Source: Podarcis pityusensis
Lineage: Eukaryota
Length of the DNA: 64,000 nucleotides
Direction: 5' to 3' (one strand)
Assembly (NCBI GenBank): GCA_964106645.2
Contig: OZ067040.1
Positions within the stretch are counted from its first letter, which is position 1. Each line of letters begins with the position of its first letter. This document shows positions 25,696 through 38,724 of the stretch, in pieces. The notes beneath the pieces were generated by a model. That model was not told the origin of the DNA. It was given only the letters and a program-made list of their open reading frames with translations, and searched no databases. A program made the translations under genes and the position numbers.

Positions 25696-26539
25696 CATTA
25701 GTCCTAGAGATGGCTGGGAGACCTGAAATCCCCACCCAGCCATGATGTTCATGGGCACTCAACAAGTCACTATCACTGAACCTAGCCACCTCACAGGGCT
25801 GATACAAAAATAAAATGGGGTCATCCCACCTAGAATTGCCCTGGGAACCTTGGGAAATGGCCACACAAATGAGATAAATTAACCCTAGACTCCAAGATAC
25901 ACATCTTTTTATTTTGCTATCTCTTGTTCCCCACTCACCTCCCACACTGCTCATATCACTTTCCATAGTAGGACAATAGCTCTTTCTCCAACCACTGCTG
26001 CACCACCCCTCTTTCCTTCATCTCAGCATCCATCTATCCAGGGATACCTTAACTTTAGACATTGTTGCCATGCTCATCATGCTCTCCTTTCTCTTCCTCC
26101 TACAAATTAGCAGGAATGGACTACAAAATGCACGCACCATAGAGAGGGAATCACCCATGGAGAGAGTGTAATGTGTAGCCCAGGCCTGTAAATGGGATCT
26201 GTGGGGAAAGGACTCAAGAGTGTGCTGTTCCATTGATTTGTATTAGATGACAAATGGGTGCACATTTCTGTGCCTTTGGGTGAGAGAAATGTGGGGTGAT
26301 CACTGGCTAATGTTAAGTATATTTTTTATGATTTGTGAAGTATGTCAAATAGATTTAGCATATTTATGAAAGATAATACATATTTTACTCTTATTCTGAT
26401 GACTTGTGTTTTGAGGGTCTTATGAGCTACCTTGAATATATTATTTTGCATGGAAGATCAGCATATAAAGAGACTTAGTAATAATGACATCTGACCTCAC
26501 TATTTAACCTCGGTTTCTATGTACAGATAAGAAGCTTAC

Positions 26540-26674
26540 CTCTAACTGCTCAAGTTGTATTTTTAGGTCTTCCAGGTCATTACTGATGGGCTGCAGGTCA
26601 TCCAAGAGAAATTTCATATCTTGAACCACTGTCAAATGTCTCCTCATATTCTCCAAGTACCAAGAGCATTGCTT
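26540..26674 (-). CDS. DST: DST b-type exon (KQCSWYLENMRRHL...LKIQLEQLE)
   Basis: tttcag| and |gtaagc; 135 nt, phase 0/0; spectrin-like. Confidence 0.88.
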
Positions 26675-27024
26675 CTGAAAATATTATTGTCATTTTAGTA
26701 TAACTAGAACTTATCAACACAGTAGCAGAAAAACACTTTTAAAAACAAAAAGGATGGTATGTGTTTCTTTTTTAAAAAAATGCCTAGAGATGCAATTTAA
26801 ATGTTCATCTGTGATTCTACTGTGATGTTAACCAGGGGACATTCAGTTCCTTGCGATAGGCGATTCAATGCATACTGCTAATATAGGTGCCATGTTTTGA
26901 TTATGCTAACAAGCACAAGCACCAAAATGAACCAAAGACGTTTTTCATTTGTTTTACGTGTCTTTGCTTAAGACAAAAATTGTAACTAACAATTGTAAGT
27001 AAGTAAATTGTAATTGTAACTCAC

Positions 27025-30000
27025 CATGCTCTTTGAATCAGGTCTTGGTCCAGAGTCCTCTGTTTCCAAGGTTTCAGAGAAGCTTTTTGGTTGCTGGTAT
27101 GGCTTCTCGGGCTGAGGGTATCCTTTCAAATCAAGAGCCTTACTGCATGCTTCAGTAGTCTCTCTAGCAGTTTCTGCTTTTAATCCTGATGAACTTGTAG
27201 TTTCTCTTGAGATGGGAAACGCATGGTCATTCTGAGAAGCGTTTTTCTCCTGCTCTCTTTCTGTCTGGGCCTTCATGTCCCTTGTCTCACGGGTGTTCTC
27301 ATTTCTTTGACTGCAATGGTCTTGTTTCAGTATATCGAGGAGGAGATCAGGACTTCTATTATCAAGCCAAATAGGTGGGGTAGAATTAGGTTCATTTGCA
27401 TGGATGCACAACGAAGCAGCCACTGAGGCACTTCTAGTATCCTCACTTGTATGTTGGACAGCAGATTTGGTAGGGTCCTCGTTTTCCCAGTGTGTGCTAT
27501 CAACCATTTTAAGTAAATTTTGCATTAAAGCTTTTGTGCCAATATAACTTAAAGGTTCCTCTTCCTGCTTGCAGTAAACATCTTTTATTTTTCCTTTAAG
27601 TATTTTTGTTAAGCTTTCAGGTAATGTGGGAGGCACTTCAGGAAAAACAACTTCCTGATCATTGACTGGGGCAGAATTAGAAAGCATCACATCTTTTAGT
27701 GATTGTTGCATTTTTATCTGGATGCCATTTTGAGAGAAAGTAGGCTCATGGTCTAGAATGTCATCTTCCGTAGGCTTCCCCACACTACTGTTTTGAGTGA
27801 CCACTGCTTCATGTGCTTTCTGCTCAGAGCTATTCTGGCTATCATCTCTGGTGTCTAAAGTACTAGAAGATGATCCAATTACACATGTATCTTCTCCAGA
27901 AGCTGTTTCATCAGCCTTGCTCCCAACCTTTCCAATAGATTCAACATGCTCCATATTGTTGAAGTCACATTTGTGGCTTTCATCATAATACACCTTGGAA
28001 TGAGCACTAGCCTCTTTGCTAACTTTATCTCTTGTAGGTTCTGATACAACTGATGCAGGAAACAGCTGTTGTTTGGGGAGCAATTCTTTTAGGTGCTGTT
28101 TTCCCTCGCAGTTTCCACTTCCTGATACCACAAGCTCCTCTCTATTCTCTTCACTGTCTCTTTCACCTTTCTTTAGGTAAGGTGAACCATTCTCTCTCAT
28201 TGCTAAGATATCCTTGGCCATTATATCTTTCGCACTTTGCTTTAAATAAGTAGAGAGGTCAAACCCCTCTACATAGTGCACTGATTCATCTTTACCAATG
28301 TCACTGGAGTCTGTAACCAATGTGGGCTTATTTGAAATTTGATCAACACTTATTTTTTCATCATATGAGGCAGTAATTTCATAACCATTTTTAATAACTG
28401 ATGAATAAGGCTCCCTAAAGCTTCCACTTGATTCCTGGATATGACCTTCCTTCAGAATGCACACTCCATTTTTATTTTGTTCCAGAGCACCAATTTCTAC
28501 TTGACTATGTGGCATACTGGTAGATGCTTGTTTTCCATTACCTACTTCTTGTCTTTTCTCACAATTTAAACATGGCATTGATATATCATCAAGAATTTTA
28601 GCTTCCCTGTGTTCAGCATGTAAGTTTCTTTGAGAAGGTATATCAGACGTGGCACTAATATTTTCTGTTCCAATTGCGCCTTCTGATGTTGCACCATTGC
28701 TTATGCTTAATTGGGAGGTTTGACTGTTCTGTAATGCAAGGTTGTCTTGCATGAAAGGGTCAGAAGCCTGTTCTGTTTCTTGCTGGCTTCCCTCTTTACT
28801 TTTACATGGTAGGTCCTGAATGTTTTCTTTAACAACATCAGCTAAATTTTGATATTCATCAGCACTGTAGCTTTCAGGGCACCGTAAACCATTGTTTCCT
28901 GTTGCCTCTGAAAGTGCAGACACCTGGACCCCAATGTTTTTATCATGGCACTGAGAGTAATGCATTTCCAATACCTCTTCATCTTCATAATCTGTCTCTT
29001 CGTAAGTATCATAATCAAAATCCACATAATCATAACCTTCAAAATCATCTCCACTGTCACTATCACCATTATCGCTACTGCCATTCTCATCACTATTGCC
29101 ACTGCCATCATCATCACTGTCATTATCCATACATATGCTTTCATGTTCACTCTCAGAGACATCTTCTTTCGTTTTAATGCCCTTGTGCTCACCTCTTTGC
29201 ATTTTAACTTCATCCAACTTTTCCAGGGAGCTGTCAATCTCTTTACTTTCTTCCCTTTCTTTTTTCTGACCATTATCTTCTATATCTCTACTGCTTTCTG
29301 CCTTGTCTTCTAGAATTGTGCCCAGTAGCCTTGCATTGAATGCTGCCATATTTATAATTTCAAATGTATCAGAGTCACTTGTTTCACTAAAGCACAGAAT
29401 GCATTCTTCTTCCCTACTTGGGTTGCCCGTGGAAGATTTTGCTTTTTCTTGCAGCTTATCTGCTACTCCATTGATGGCTACTGCACTGTGGATGAGCTCT
29501 GGAGTAGCATCTTCTTTAACAACAGAGGAGTCACCTTTGTTTATTCTGTCTGAGCTACAAACTGTACCATTGTTATGATCAATTTGCGGAGCATCACAGG
29601 CTTCACTGCGATCTTTATGTTGAGTTGGATCACAAGGATCTTCTGACTGAGTACTATGTTCTCTTTTAGGCAACAGCTCAGATTGCTTGCTGTTATTGCC
29701 TTCCAGAACTAGCGAGCCACATTCAAATGTTGACTTGCTGTCATTCGCAGGTGGTTCATTATGCTTCATACTAGCACTGACTTCCAGAGGTGATGTGGAC
29801 TCACTATCAGTATTGATTTTAATGGATGATCCATCAAGAGTGTCAGTAGTGCCTTCTACTGGGAGCCCAGCATTTGTATCAATTGAATCCTTGAGTGGAC
29901 ATCCAGCATGAGTAATAGCACCGTTTCTCTGAATTGGTCCAATATATTTATCTTCAGTATGATATTCCAACAGTGCAATGCCATCAGAACTGGTATGGTC

Positions 30001-32706
30001 ATCAAGCAAAGATACACTACATATATTAGCCTTATCTATGGGTTGTTCTCCATCACTGATATTCATCTGATTTTCTACAGGTTGTCCACTTTCAGTCTGT
30101 TCTTCCTGTAATAATCCATGGATCAAATTTACGGTGTCTTCCAGAAGTGAATCACCATTAGAAGTATTTTCTAGGACTGACATGCTATAGTCATTGGTGC
30201 AATCTTCCAGTAACTGACTGTCATGTGTATGCACTCTAGTTTCCAATGGTAATTGATCTTGCATGCTGGTGTAATTTTCCAATAGACAGCCAGCAAATGT
30301 ATTAGCATGGTCTTCCAATTGTGAATTGCCATAGCTATTTGTAACGTCTTCTCGTGGTGGCCTATCATTCATATGAAGACATGCACCATGCATTCTGGAG
30401 TGGTCTTCTAATGACAACTTGCCATTCCTATCATCATTGTTATGCAATACTGGGGTGACATTCGTTTCCACTTGCAATACCCCACTCTCATTACAAGTCT
30501 CTAATTCTTTCTTAGTGCGTTCATTTAAACATTTTTGGTCAGGTTCTATACTAGTGTATAAACTATCCTGAAAGCCATCTTTTACCTCACCTTTCACCTC
30601 ATCGTTCTTCATCAGCATAATGCCTTCTTCAATCTGCAAAACCTTAGGCATGCATTTTTGCAGGCTGTTGTCCATGAGATGTGAGACCTTAGTGCTTGCT
30701 TGAGCTTTCTCATCTTTCTTAATAGCTGAAGAATAATTTGCATCCAAAACACTATTGAAGATGCCTGGGGAGTCATTTTCACTCCCCTTAATGTTCTCCC
30801 CCTCTACTATGCAAATATTATCTTCATTTACTATTGGAGGAAGGTGTCCTTGTGAACAGTTTGAAAGAGATGTTTTCATTTCAGCATTTCCAGCATTTGC
30901 TTGGACAGTTAAATTTTCATACACTTCCACTGGCATTTGTTCTGGAAGTTTCAGTAAACTTCCAAGTGCATTTTCTTTTTCAAGATTTTGACCTGGATTG
31001 ATTTCCTTTCCAGATGTATTCGTGACACATTCTGACTGCTCTGAAGCACCAGCCACAATATGAAAACCATTTCTCCCTGAGACTATGTCATTCTGGTGAT
31101 CTTTACAAAATGCCTCCCTCTTATTGCTGCTGGACATATTTTGAATACTCATATCTTGTTCTGAAACATTGCTAGTGATATCACTAAACATTGCCCCTTT
31201 GAGCTGTTGCTCAATATGTTGTGCTTTTGTGTTTAAACACAATTGCCCTTCGGTCTCATTTGTATTACTTTCAGAACGACTGCCATCCATTAACAGGCTG
31301 ACTGTTTCATTTAAGTCACCACAATGCAACAAAAGCCTCTGACCGGTGTTCGCATCCATACAACTATTTATCATTAGGTAAGACATGAATAGCTTTTGAG
31401 TTTGTTCCGAGTGGCAAGATATGGGCTCACTGGTGCTAGAAGTGTTTACATCATTTCCATCAGCATGTTGGTTGGATGCCTGGAGTTCACAAGACGAGAG
31501 CCATCTTGCAGCTTTTTTCAAAGGCAATGGTATATCTTCCACATTAGGCATTTCATCAGGTAGGGTAACACTATTCAAAATTGATGAAGTGTTGCTTTCT
31601 ATGACTCCCTGCTGGGCTGCATCATCCAGGCTGATCACTTCACAAGTTTCTGGAATATAGAGTGCTGCTATTTTTTGCCGCCCCTTTAGAATTTTGCAGG
31701 CCTGCTCATTAGTGATCATGCCTTGATGCAAAGATGTAGATACAGGAAATATTTCCCCACTATGTGGCCAGATGAGTCCAATGAAGCCTCGTTGTGCCTG
31801 TAGTACCAGCAAGGCACTACTAGAAGAGATCAAGTTGCACTGCACAGCTTCATCTACAGACAAACGTTTTGATGAATTTTGACACAGGATCCCACCTGTC
31901 TGAAGCTGATGAGTCAAAATAGCACAAGCAGCATCCTGGTCAATAACCCCTTCTCTCATTGCTTCTTCAACAGTCATTCTGTGTCCTGTATCAGGATGAA
32001 TTATGCCGCCAGAAAGCAGCTGGGCACCTAAGAGCCTGAACATGGTCTCCCTCTCTATGAGTCCTTCATGAGCTGCTCTCAGAATAGTTATCTTCCTTCC
32101 ACATTTTAGTGTTATTTTGCCTCTTTCTTGAGGGGTCACAGGCAAGAGCCTCAAGCCTGTTTCTCTATGTACTACAGTTCTTTCAAGCAATTCCTCAAGG
32201 GTTATCTTCTCTGCAGTGTTGGGGTCAATAAGGTCTTTGCTCATGTCACGTCTTTCCAGGAGTTTAGTGTATAATGCTGCAGAGATCAGATTCTTCTGAA
32301 AAGCTCTGTGCAAAGTCAGCTGTTCTCCCGTGGCTGGTATCATTAGGTGTCCTCTGGAAAGCTGAATCTCAAGAATTTTAATTGCAAGAGGTTCTGAAAT
32401 TAAACCCTGTTCCAAAGCAGCTACAACTGGGAGTGCTGCTGATTGCAATCCTGAAATGACCATCTTAGCATTCTGTAAACCTTGTAGTTGCAATACAGCT
32501 TGGTCATCGACAAGTTCATGGGCTTTGGCTTCTTCAAGGTCAAAACTTCTTCCCAGGGCTGGTGAAATTATATCTGATAAAATGAGCTGGCTCTGAAGTA
32601 ACTGAATTCCAGTGTCATAGTCAATGAGGCCTTTATAAACTGACTGCAAGACTGAAAACATCTCTCCAGTTGTTTGATCAATAATGCCAGCTATGACTTT
32701 ATCCTC
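27025..32706 (-). CDS. DST: BPAG1b-specific giant exon (1894 codons): N-terminal plectin-repeat domain followed by a long low-complexity region
   Basis: cttttag|GAG start ([19 protein letters not shown]...) and ATG|gtgagt end; 5682 nt, phase 0/0, uninterrupted. PRD motifs [13 protein letters not shown] and [22 protein letters not shown]. Confidence 0.95.
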
Positions 32707-33831
32707 CTAAAAGTGAGTATAAAAATAAGAATTGTCAGCATTTTATGAATGGTAAATGATTAAAACTTTGAATTTTAATATGATATATGTACAATATAAA
32801 GTCACTTACTTACCAGAGTTCCACCCAAACTGTGAATGTTAGCAGTTCAATGCAGAAGTGATGTCAGTGATTCAACAGCACACGGTGTGATAAAAGATTG
32901 AAACACAACATGCATTGGTAAACCAAAAGCCTATGCTCTGCATACACCAAGAGGGTTAGTGGAAGATAAAATAGTATATGATTGCATAGTGAGCAAAAAA
33001 GACACGTACCTGAAAGGCAAACTGTCATGCTATCTATGTGCTTTGTGAGAAGTTAGCATATATTGAGAAAACAGTATGTGGTACAAAAACACACATGCTA
33101 TTCATGTTTACAGCATACAGCACTTTTACATAGACACCCAAAATCATAAGGATCAAGTATCGTAGCTACTTAAATGCACTGCAACTGTGTTGTATTAAAA
33201 GTCATCTATTGGGAACAACATTTAAGAAGTATGTGCAGAATAGTCTTTCTTTGCATATACTCTCAGGCATTTTGTAATGCCTTCCAAAGGCAGTGTCAAG
33301 CGTAATAGACCTTAAAGTATTATCTCACAGTTAATGTGACTATAAACTCCAAACGATGTACCCAGTTGAAATTTAATGAACTTTGGAAATATGGCATACT
33401 TCCTGAAATACTTATCGGAGAGCATAGAATACTGAAATACTTATCGGAGAGTAGAGAGGCTATGGAACTTCCACGTGGTGTCATGTTTCTGAAGTACAGA
33501 CGCTTGACAGAATTGAAAGTATGGCTTTTAAAAAGAAGGGTTAAGTGATGTATGATTCTATGCTCTTAGTTCATGCAAGACACAAGGTATAAAAGCCTGT
33601 TCATATACAACTTTCCACCTGTCCATTTATAGACACTCAGCTATAATTCTAATTCCACAAATCGATCGAAAGCTGTCATTCATTTAGTTCTGATTTTGTT
33701 TGTGTGATACACACAATTCGGTGCAGGTTTTTGTTTTTAGTATTCATACAGAATTCCAAAACCATGCAATGGATCAGATTCAGAAAAGCATATATACTAC
33801 AGCCAGCAACATAACTCAAACTGTTGACTAC

Positions 33832-33967
33832 CTTTTCATCCACATTTTCATTATCTGCATCTTGTTCCTGCTGCAACTGCTTCAAATCTTCATTGGACAA
33901 CAGTTTATAACCTTCTTGCAGGGACCTCACGTGGTTTTCCATTTCATTTTTCTCTTCATCTGTCATT
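33832..33967 (-). CDS. DST: DST a/b exon (MTDEEKNEMENHVRSLQEGY...NVDEK)
   Basis: ccaaaag| and |gtagtc; 136 nt, phase 2/0. Confidence 0.92.
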
Positions 33968-34441
33968 CTTTTGGGAGGGGGAATAGAAGATGTGAATGGA
34001 AGTGCTAACAATTTCTAAACATTAGTTGTTCTCTCAAGAAATAAACATACAGGGTGGAATTCAACATCATGCTATGAAGACATGTTCCAGCAGACCTGGA
34101 GACAAGGTTTGCTTTGTAAGCTGATAACTTGGCAGTGGTGGCGGGTCATATGGGCAGTAATTCCCAGGGATACACTGGTAACAAGCAGTGCAATTATTAG
34201 TACCACCATTAATTAATGCAAACTGCTTTAGTTCAATTAAGTAAGGTGCCATTTATAAGGTAGAAGGGGCAGTACCTACCCACACCCCATTGTTTCAGAT
34301 TTCATATAAGAACTCCTGAAATTAGAGGATATCTGCTGCCTGCACACTGATTTTATATAAGAAATGGCTGAAACTCGTCCTCAACACAAATTCTGAAAGG
34401 GCACGACTAATTTTAAAGTGCAATAATCACAATGAACCTAC

Positions 34442-34530
34442 TTATCACCATGTTTTGCTAAAAACGTCTGCGTTGTTTGCAAAGCTTCTGATATCTGTTC
34501 TTTCTTGGTTAACAATTCGTCAGAAGATAT
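34442..34530 (-). CDS. DST: DST a/b exon ([30 protein letters not shown])
   Basis: tttcag| and |gtaggt; 89 nt, phase 0/2. Confidence 0.93.
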
Positions 34531-37500
34531 CTGAAAAAAGGAGGAAAATATGTTCACAACTCCATTCTAGAAATACATTTAAAAAGGGGGTGGGGGTAAA
34601 GCAAAAAGGTGAGAAAGGAGTGAGCAATTCAGGAACATTATCAAGGGCATAATGGGTGGTATCCGGAGATGTATGAACAGTATTCTGCTTGTGTAAGGAG
34701 ACTTCCTGTTCCTCACCTTGCAAGGTCCCCCAACCCTCTGAAACAGATTTTGAGGGTGCACAGGGAGTTGCAGGGGAGAGGGGGTGGCAAGACTATTCTT
34801 TTGTATACCACCCTTCATCCACAGATATCCGGGCAGTTCACAGTATGAAAATACAAGATAAAAACACAAAATAGCCTATTGTACGAAGGGAAGTCTTTTG
34901 AGCATGTGTGACAGCAGCATCAGGTACAACCCAATGTATCTTTAATAACAGCAATAGCCTATATTGCAAATCCATTTTTAGCCAACTTGTCCCTTATTAA
35001 TGAGCCATAAATACATGCTTGGTTATGAAACACTAAGGTTGTGTTTATAGATTACTGGGAACATGAGAACCATAATTAATTTCAGGTATAAATACGGACA
35101 CCCACTATTAAAAACATTTGTTAGGTGACCTTCTTCAAAACTTTTGTCTAAACTGTTCTGGCCTTTGCTTCCAACGAGATGTTGCTGCACTACAACTCCC
35201 ATCAGCTCCAGTAGGAATGGCTAATGGCCAGGGATACTGGAGGTTGTAGTTCAGGAACATATGGAGGACCAAATGCTCCCCAAGTTGTTTTAGACAGTTT
35301 GTAAATAATCAACTACTAGATTAAGAACAGCCTTGATGTGTGAAGTCAAATGCTCTGACATTACTCCCTCACAGGATGTCTTGCAACCAAAGAGGTCTAT
35401 GCAATTTCAAAGCTATCGTTTTCAGTATTTTAATAAGTTAAATCAACTACTTCACTTAACTTCCTTTGTGGATTTTGTGTGAATGGTATAGTTACCCAGG
35501 ATACTGATCTTTTATTCTCAAGTATTTCCAAACCAGGAGTTCTCAAACAATATTAAATGCAACTCTCCATAAATCAAGGATAAAAGTTATAGATTGCCAA
35601 CTCTAACCAGAGCTGAAAATGTGGATGAGCCTTATACACACACACACCTTTTCAACCATGAGGGTTCCCAATTCTTAAGTGTATCCCTGCTTTCTCTTAT
35701 CCCATAGAACTGACAGAAGTGAATCTAATCAGATTAATTCTGGTCTAGTCTATTTCAGATTTCTTTTTTGAAAGTGCTACATGGGGTACATAGTATATGG
35801 ATACAGGGCATGGAACCATGCTTTCATATACTAAACTAAAATGCATCACCTTGTTGTAATAGTTCCAAAATTGTTCTGAGTACCGGAAGAAGGAAGTCTT
35901 ACTCATTGTGAGCACCACCCAATAATTGCTCACAGAAGTCACGTGAAAATGTTCTGCTGGTGCACACAATCTCTGCACCTTGGAGCTACTCTATACTACG
36001 ATGGATACAGATGATCAAGATACCCCCCTTACAAATGCTATTTAGCATACTGGGTAAGCCACAATTTACAGGAACTAGACAGAAAGAAAAAGATTGCCGT
36101 GTGATACAGGTGGCCCATTTTAACCTCATGGTGAAGAGGGAATGCAAACCCAGGGGTTTAAAACTGCTTCTTAGTCACTGTACGTTATGACGATGAGGCG
36201 GATTTCAGTAAGTGGCTTTTTTGTATCTATAAAAAACTGCAAGCAAGGGCTTTTCTAATGAAAATATAAAAGTGTTTCGTTGTTTGGTGCTAATTTTCTC
36301 TGGAAATCATACAATTAAATGCACCAAAAGATACGTGTCAATTTACGAGGCAGTTTGTACTTTTCTGCAAGCTTTTTCTTTCACAAATTGCCAGGACAGG
36401 AAGCCCAATTCAGAATGGGACCGTGGTGAGGTGGATGGGGGGGCAGTATTTAACCTTTTGCCTCATGCTGGGACCATGATTTGGATCTCACCATGTGTCT
36501 GCAATTTGCAGAGGGGGGGAACATCTGTCCTTAACAATGGGAGATCTTTTCCTCCAATGCAAATTCCACATACTGGGGGTCCCCCAAGATCAGGAACATA
36601 GGAGGGGCAACAGGTTAAACTCCACCCACAGCCAGGGTTCCAGATCTAGATTGTCCACCGATTGTCCTGGCATTTTTTGGAAGCAGCAGCTTGCACTCAA
36701 GGACAAACTACGCTGAGTAATGTCATGTGTAGCATTTTCTCCATGTGTTTAATATGCATGTGGACACATGCATTTCCAGTTATATTAGGCACAACACAAG
36801 TATGAAAGACTGAAGAGTTTCTCGGTATCATGCAATGGGACCAGTAAAATATTGTATCATTTAAGTTCTTCAAATTACTTACTGGTACAGGACTGACTGC
36901 AGATTTCAAGGGTTTGGTTCGGGAGTTACTCTTACACGCTTGGCGGATGTGAGATTTCAGGTTCTACTCAGCCTCCAATATCCCCCCCACCTCCACCCCT
37001 TATTTGAATACAGTGTAACATTTGGAAATGGGGTGTGTGTGTGTAGGGTAAAATATAATAAACTTAAATTGTGTGATTGATACTCCCTAATAAATTGGGG
37101 AAAGCAATGTGATTTGGGCCTATAATCATTGGGTTTTATGAGGTCCCTGGAGTTTCCAAGGTAGTGGTGGCCTTGAGAATGCCCCCTTGTGCCCATGAAG
37201 AATCTGATACACACCCTGTCTCACTGCACCCTTCATCATGAGGTTCCCTCTTGAAACATCAATGGAGTTGAAGGAGGAAACAAGAAGAGTCATTCTCTTT
37301 CCCATTTCCTCTGTTAGTTCTACAGGCTCAATTTAGCCCCTGATTAGGCAGGAAACGGGGATGACAAAGAAAGAAAATGGAAGTGGCCAGTGGGAAAAAA
37401 TGGGGAGGCTACAGGAGTCAGGAAGTGAGGGAACGATCCCTTCCAAACTGTTTTTAAATTTCTCCTACCTAACCACCATCAAATCACATGTCACATCTGT

Positions 37501-38456
37501 TGCCATTGACTAAACCATGAAAATCATGGATCTGGTGCCATTTGCGATGGATGCGAACAACAGAGCTTTGTGGCTGCTGACTGCAGGAGATCCCTGCAAA
37601 ACCATCACTAAACCGTGTGCCACCTCTTCGTCTACTCTGATAGTTTTGCTGTGATCCTCTGTAAAAACTGTGAAAATATATGAAGAGCAGTGCTTTGGAT
37701 CCAGATTTCTGTGATATTAGCAAATGCCAGATTTGTGATTTTTAATATAGTCTATTACTGTAAGCTTTAATCTGATAGGTTTTTGTGGGCAGCATCCCAT
37801 GTAAACTCATGCAAATTCAAGAGGATTGTTTCTATTCTACCAGACAAACTTTTACCTAGAACCCATGTAAAAGAACTTAGGGGGGGAGGTTAGCATGTGC
37901 TGACCTGGAAGAGATTAAAAAACTAAATGGATCATACCCATAGTACACACTCTATGAATTCTGAATGGGCCTCAAAGGTTGACAACTCCTGTAACTTATA
38001 AAAAAATTACACCTCCATATTAACATCCAGAGGACTAGCTAGGAACACCTGGTGGGAAAGGAATGAAGGTATTATCATTTCCCATCATAAGTAGGGAATA
38101 TTATTGTCCAAACACTGTTTCTCCTTTTTGTCTTGAATGTAGTCTTTCAGGAAAAAACACCCATGTATCAGTTATGTAGTCTGGTGAATTTAAATAAAAA
38201 CACTAGTATGTAAATTATATTTGTTCTTAAGCACTTTAAAGTGAAGGTTGTATCCAATGCCAGCCCTACTCAGAGCAGACCCATTGATATCAATAGGCGT
38301 GACTAACTTAGGTCCAGGAAGTTCAATGGGTTTTCTTTGAGTAAAATATAAGCTGAATACAATGAAATGTTCTTGTGCCACATTTGGCACTTTAAAGACA
38401 AAACAACACTGTGTCATGCATCTGGTAGCATCTATTCTCAAGCAGTGTTTTAATAC

Positions 38457-38591
38457 CTGTTTCTTAGGAGAATCTGCTTTTTCAGACTTTTCTCCTCCAC
38501 CTTTGCTGAGGCTCTTGGTGATGTTTGAAACCCATTTCAGTAAGTCCCCAGCTTTTTCGACGTGTTCTTTCTTCTCCTCTTCCACTGACTT
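38457..38591 (-). CDS. DST: First a/b-isoform exon after the plakin domain (KSVEEEKKEHVEKAGDLLKWVSNI...)
   Basis: catcag| and |gtatta; 135 nt, phase 0/0; joins in frame to the exon ending at 48447. Confidence 0.93.
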
Positions 38592-38689
38592 CTGATGAAC
38601 AATGTGCATTGCAAATATATATATATATTTAAAATTGTAGGTATATTAAGTTTACAGCCAACCCGAAAAACAGTTACACTGTCAAAAAT

Positions 38690-38724
38690 TTTATTGTGGA
38701 AGATGCCAGATAATGAGCTTTATT
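38690..38724 (-). terminator. Candidate BPAG1e polyadenylation signals (two AATAAA) with a GU/U-rich downstream element
   Basis: AATAAA on the minus strand at 38719-38724 and 38690-38695, followed by gtgtaactgtttttcgggttggctgt. Alternative AATAAA at 39747-39752 and 39116-39121. Confidence 0.4.

Noticed and set aside
25478-25966. 162-aa ORF and similar ORFs at 60493-60813 and 50813-51100
   Set aside because: Translations of Sauria SINE sequence; the shared peptide text reflects the repeat.
28842-29273. 143-aa Met/Ile/Val-rich minus-strand ORF
   Set aside because: An alternative frame of the GAT/GAC-rich acidic tract; a compositional artefact.
27223-31660. Many plus-strand ORFs over the giant exon (likewise over 43292-45966 and the smaller exons)
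   Set aside because: Antisense shadows of the long DST reading frame; no independent protein features or splice structure.
33403-33452. Direct repeat ctgaaatacttatcggagag x2 (and gggaacacgtgattcc-like x2 near 8808-8855)
   Set aside because: Two-copy local duplications; not an array and no spacer structure, so not CRISPR-like.
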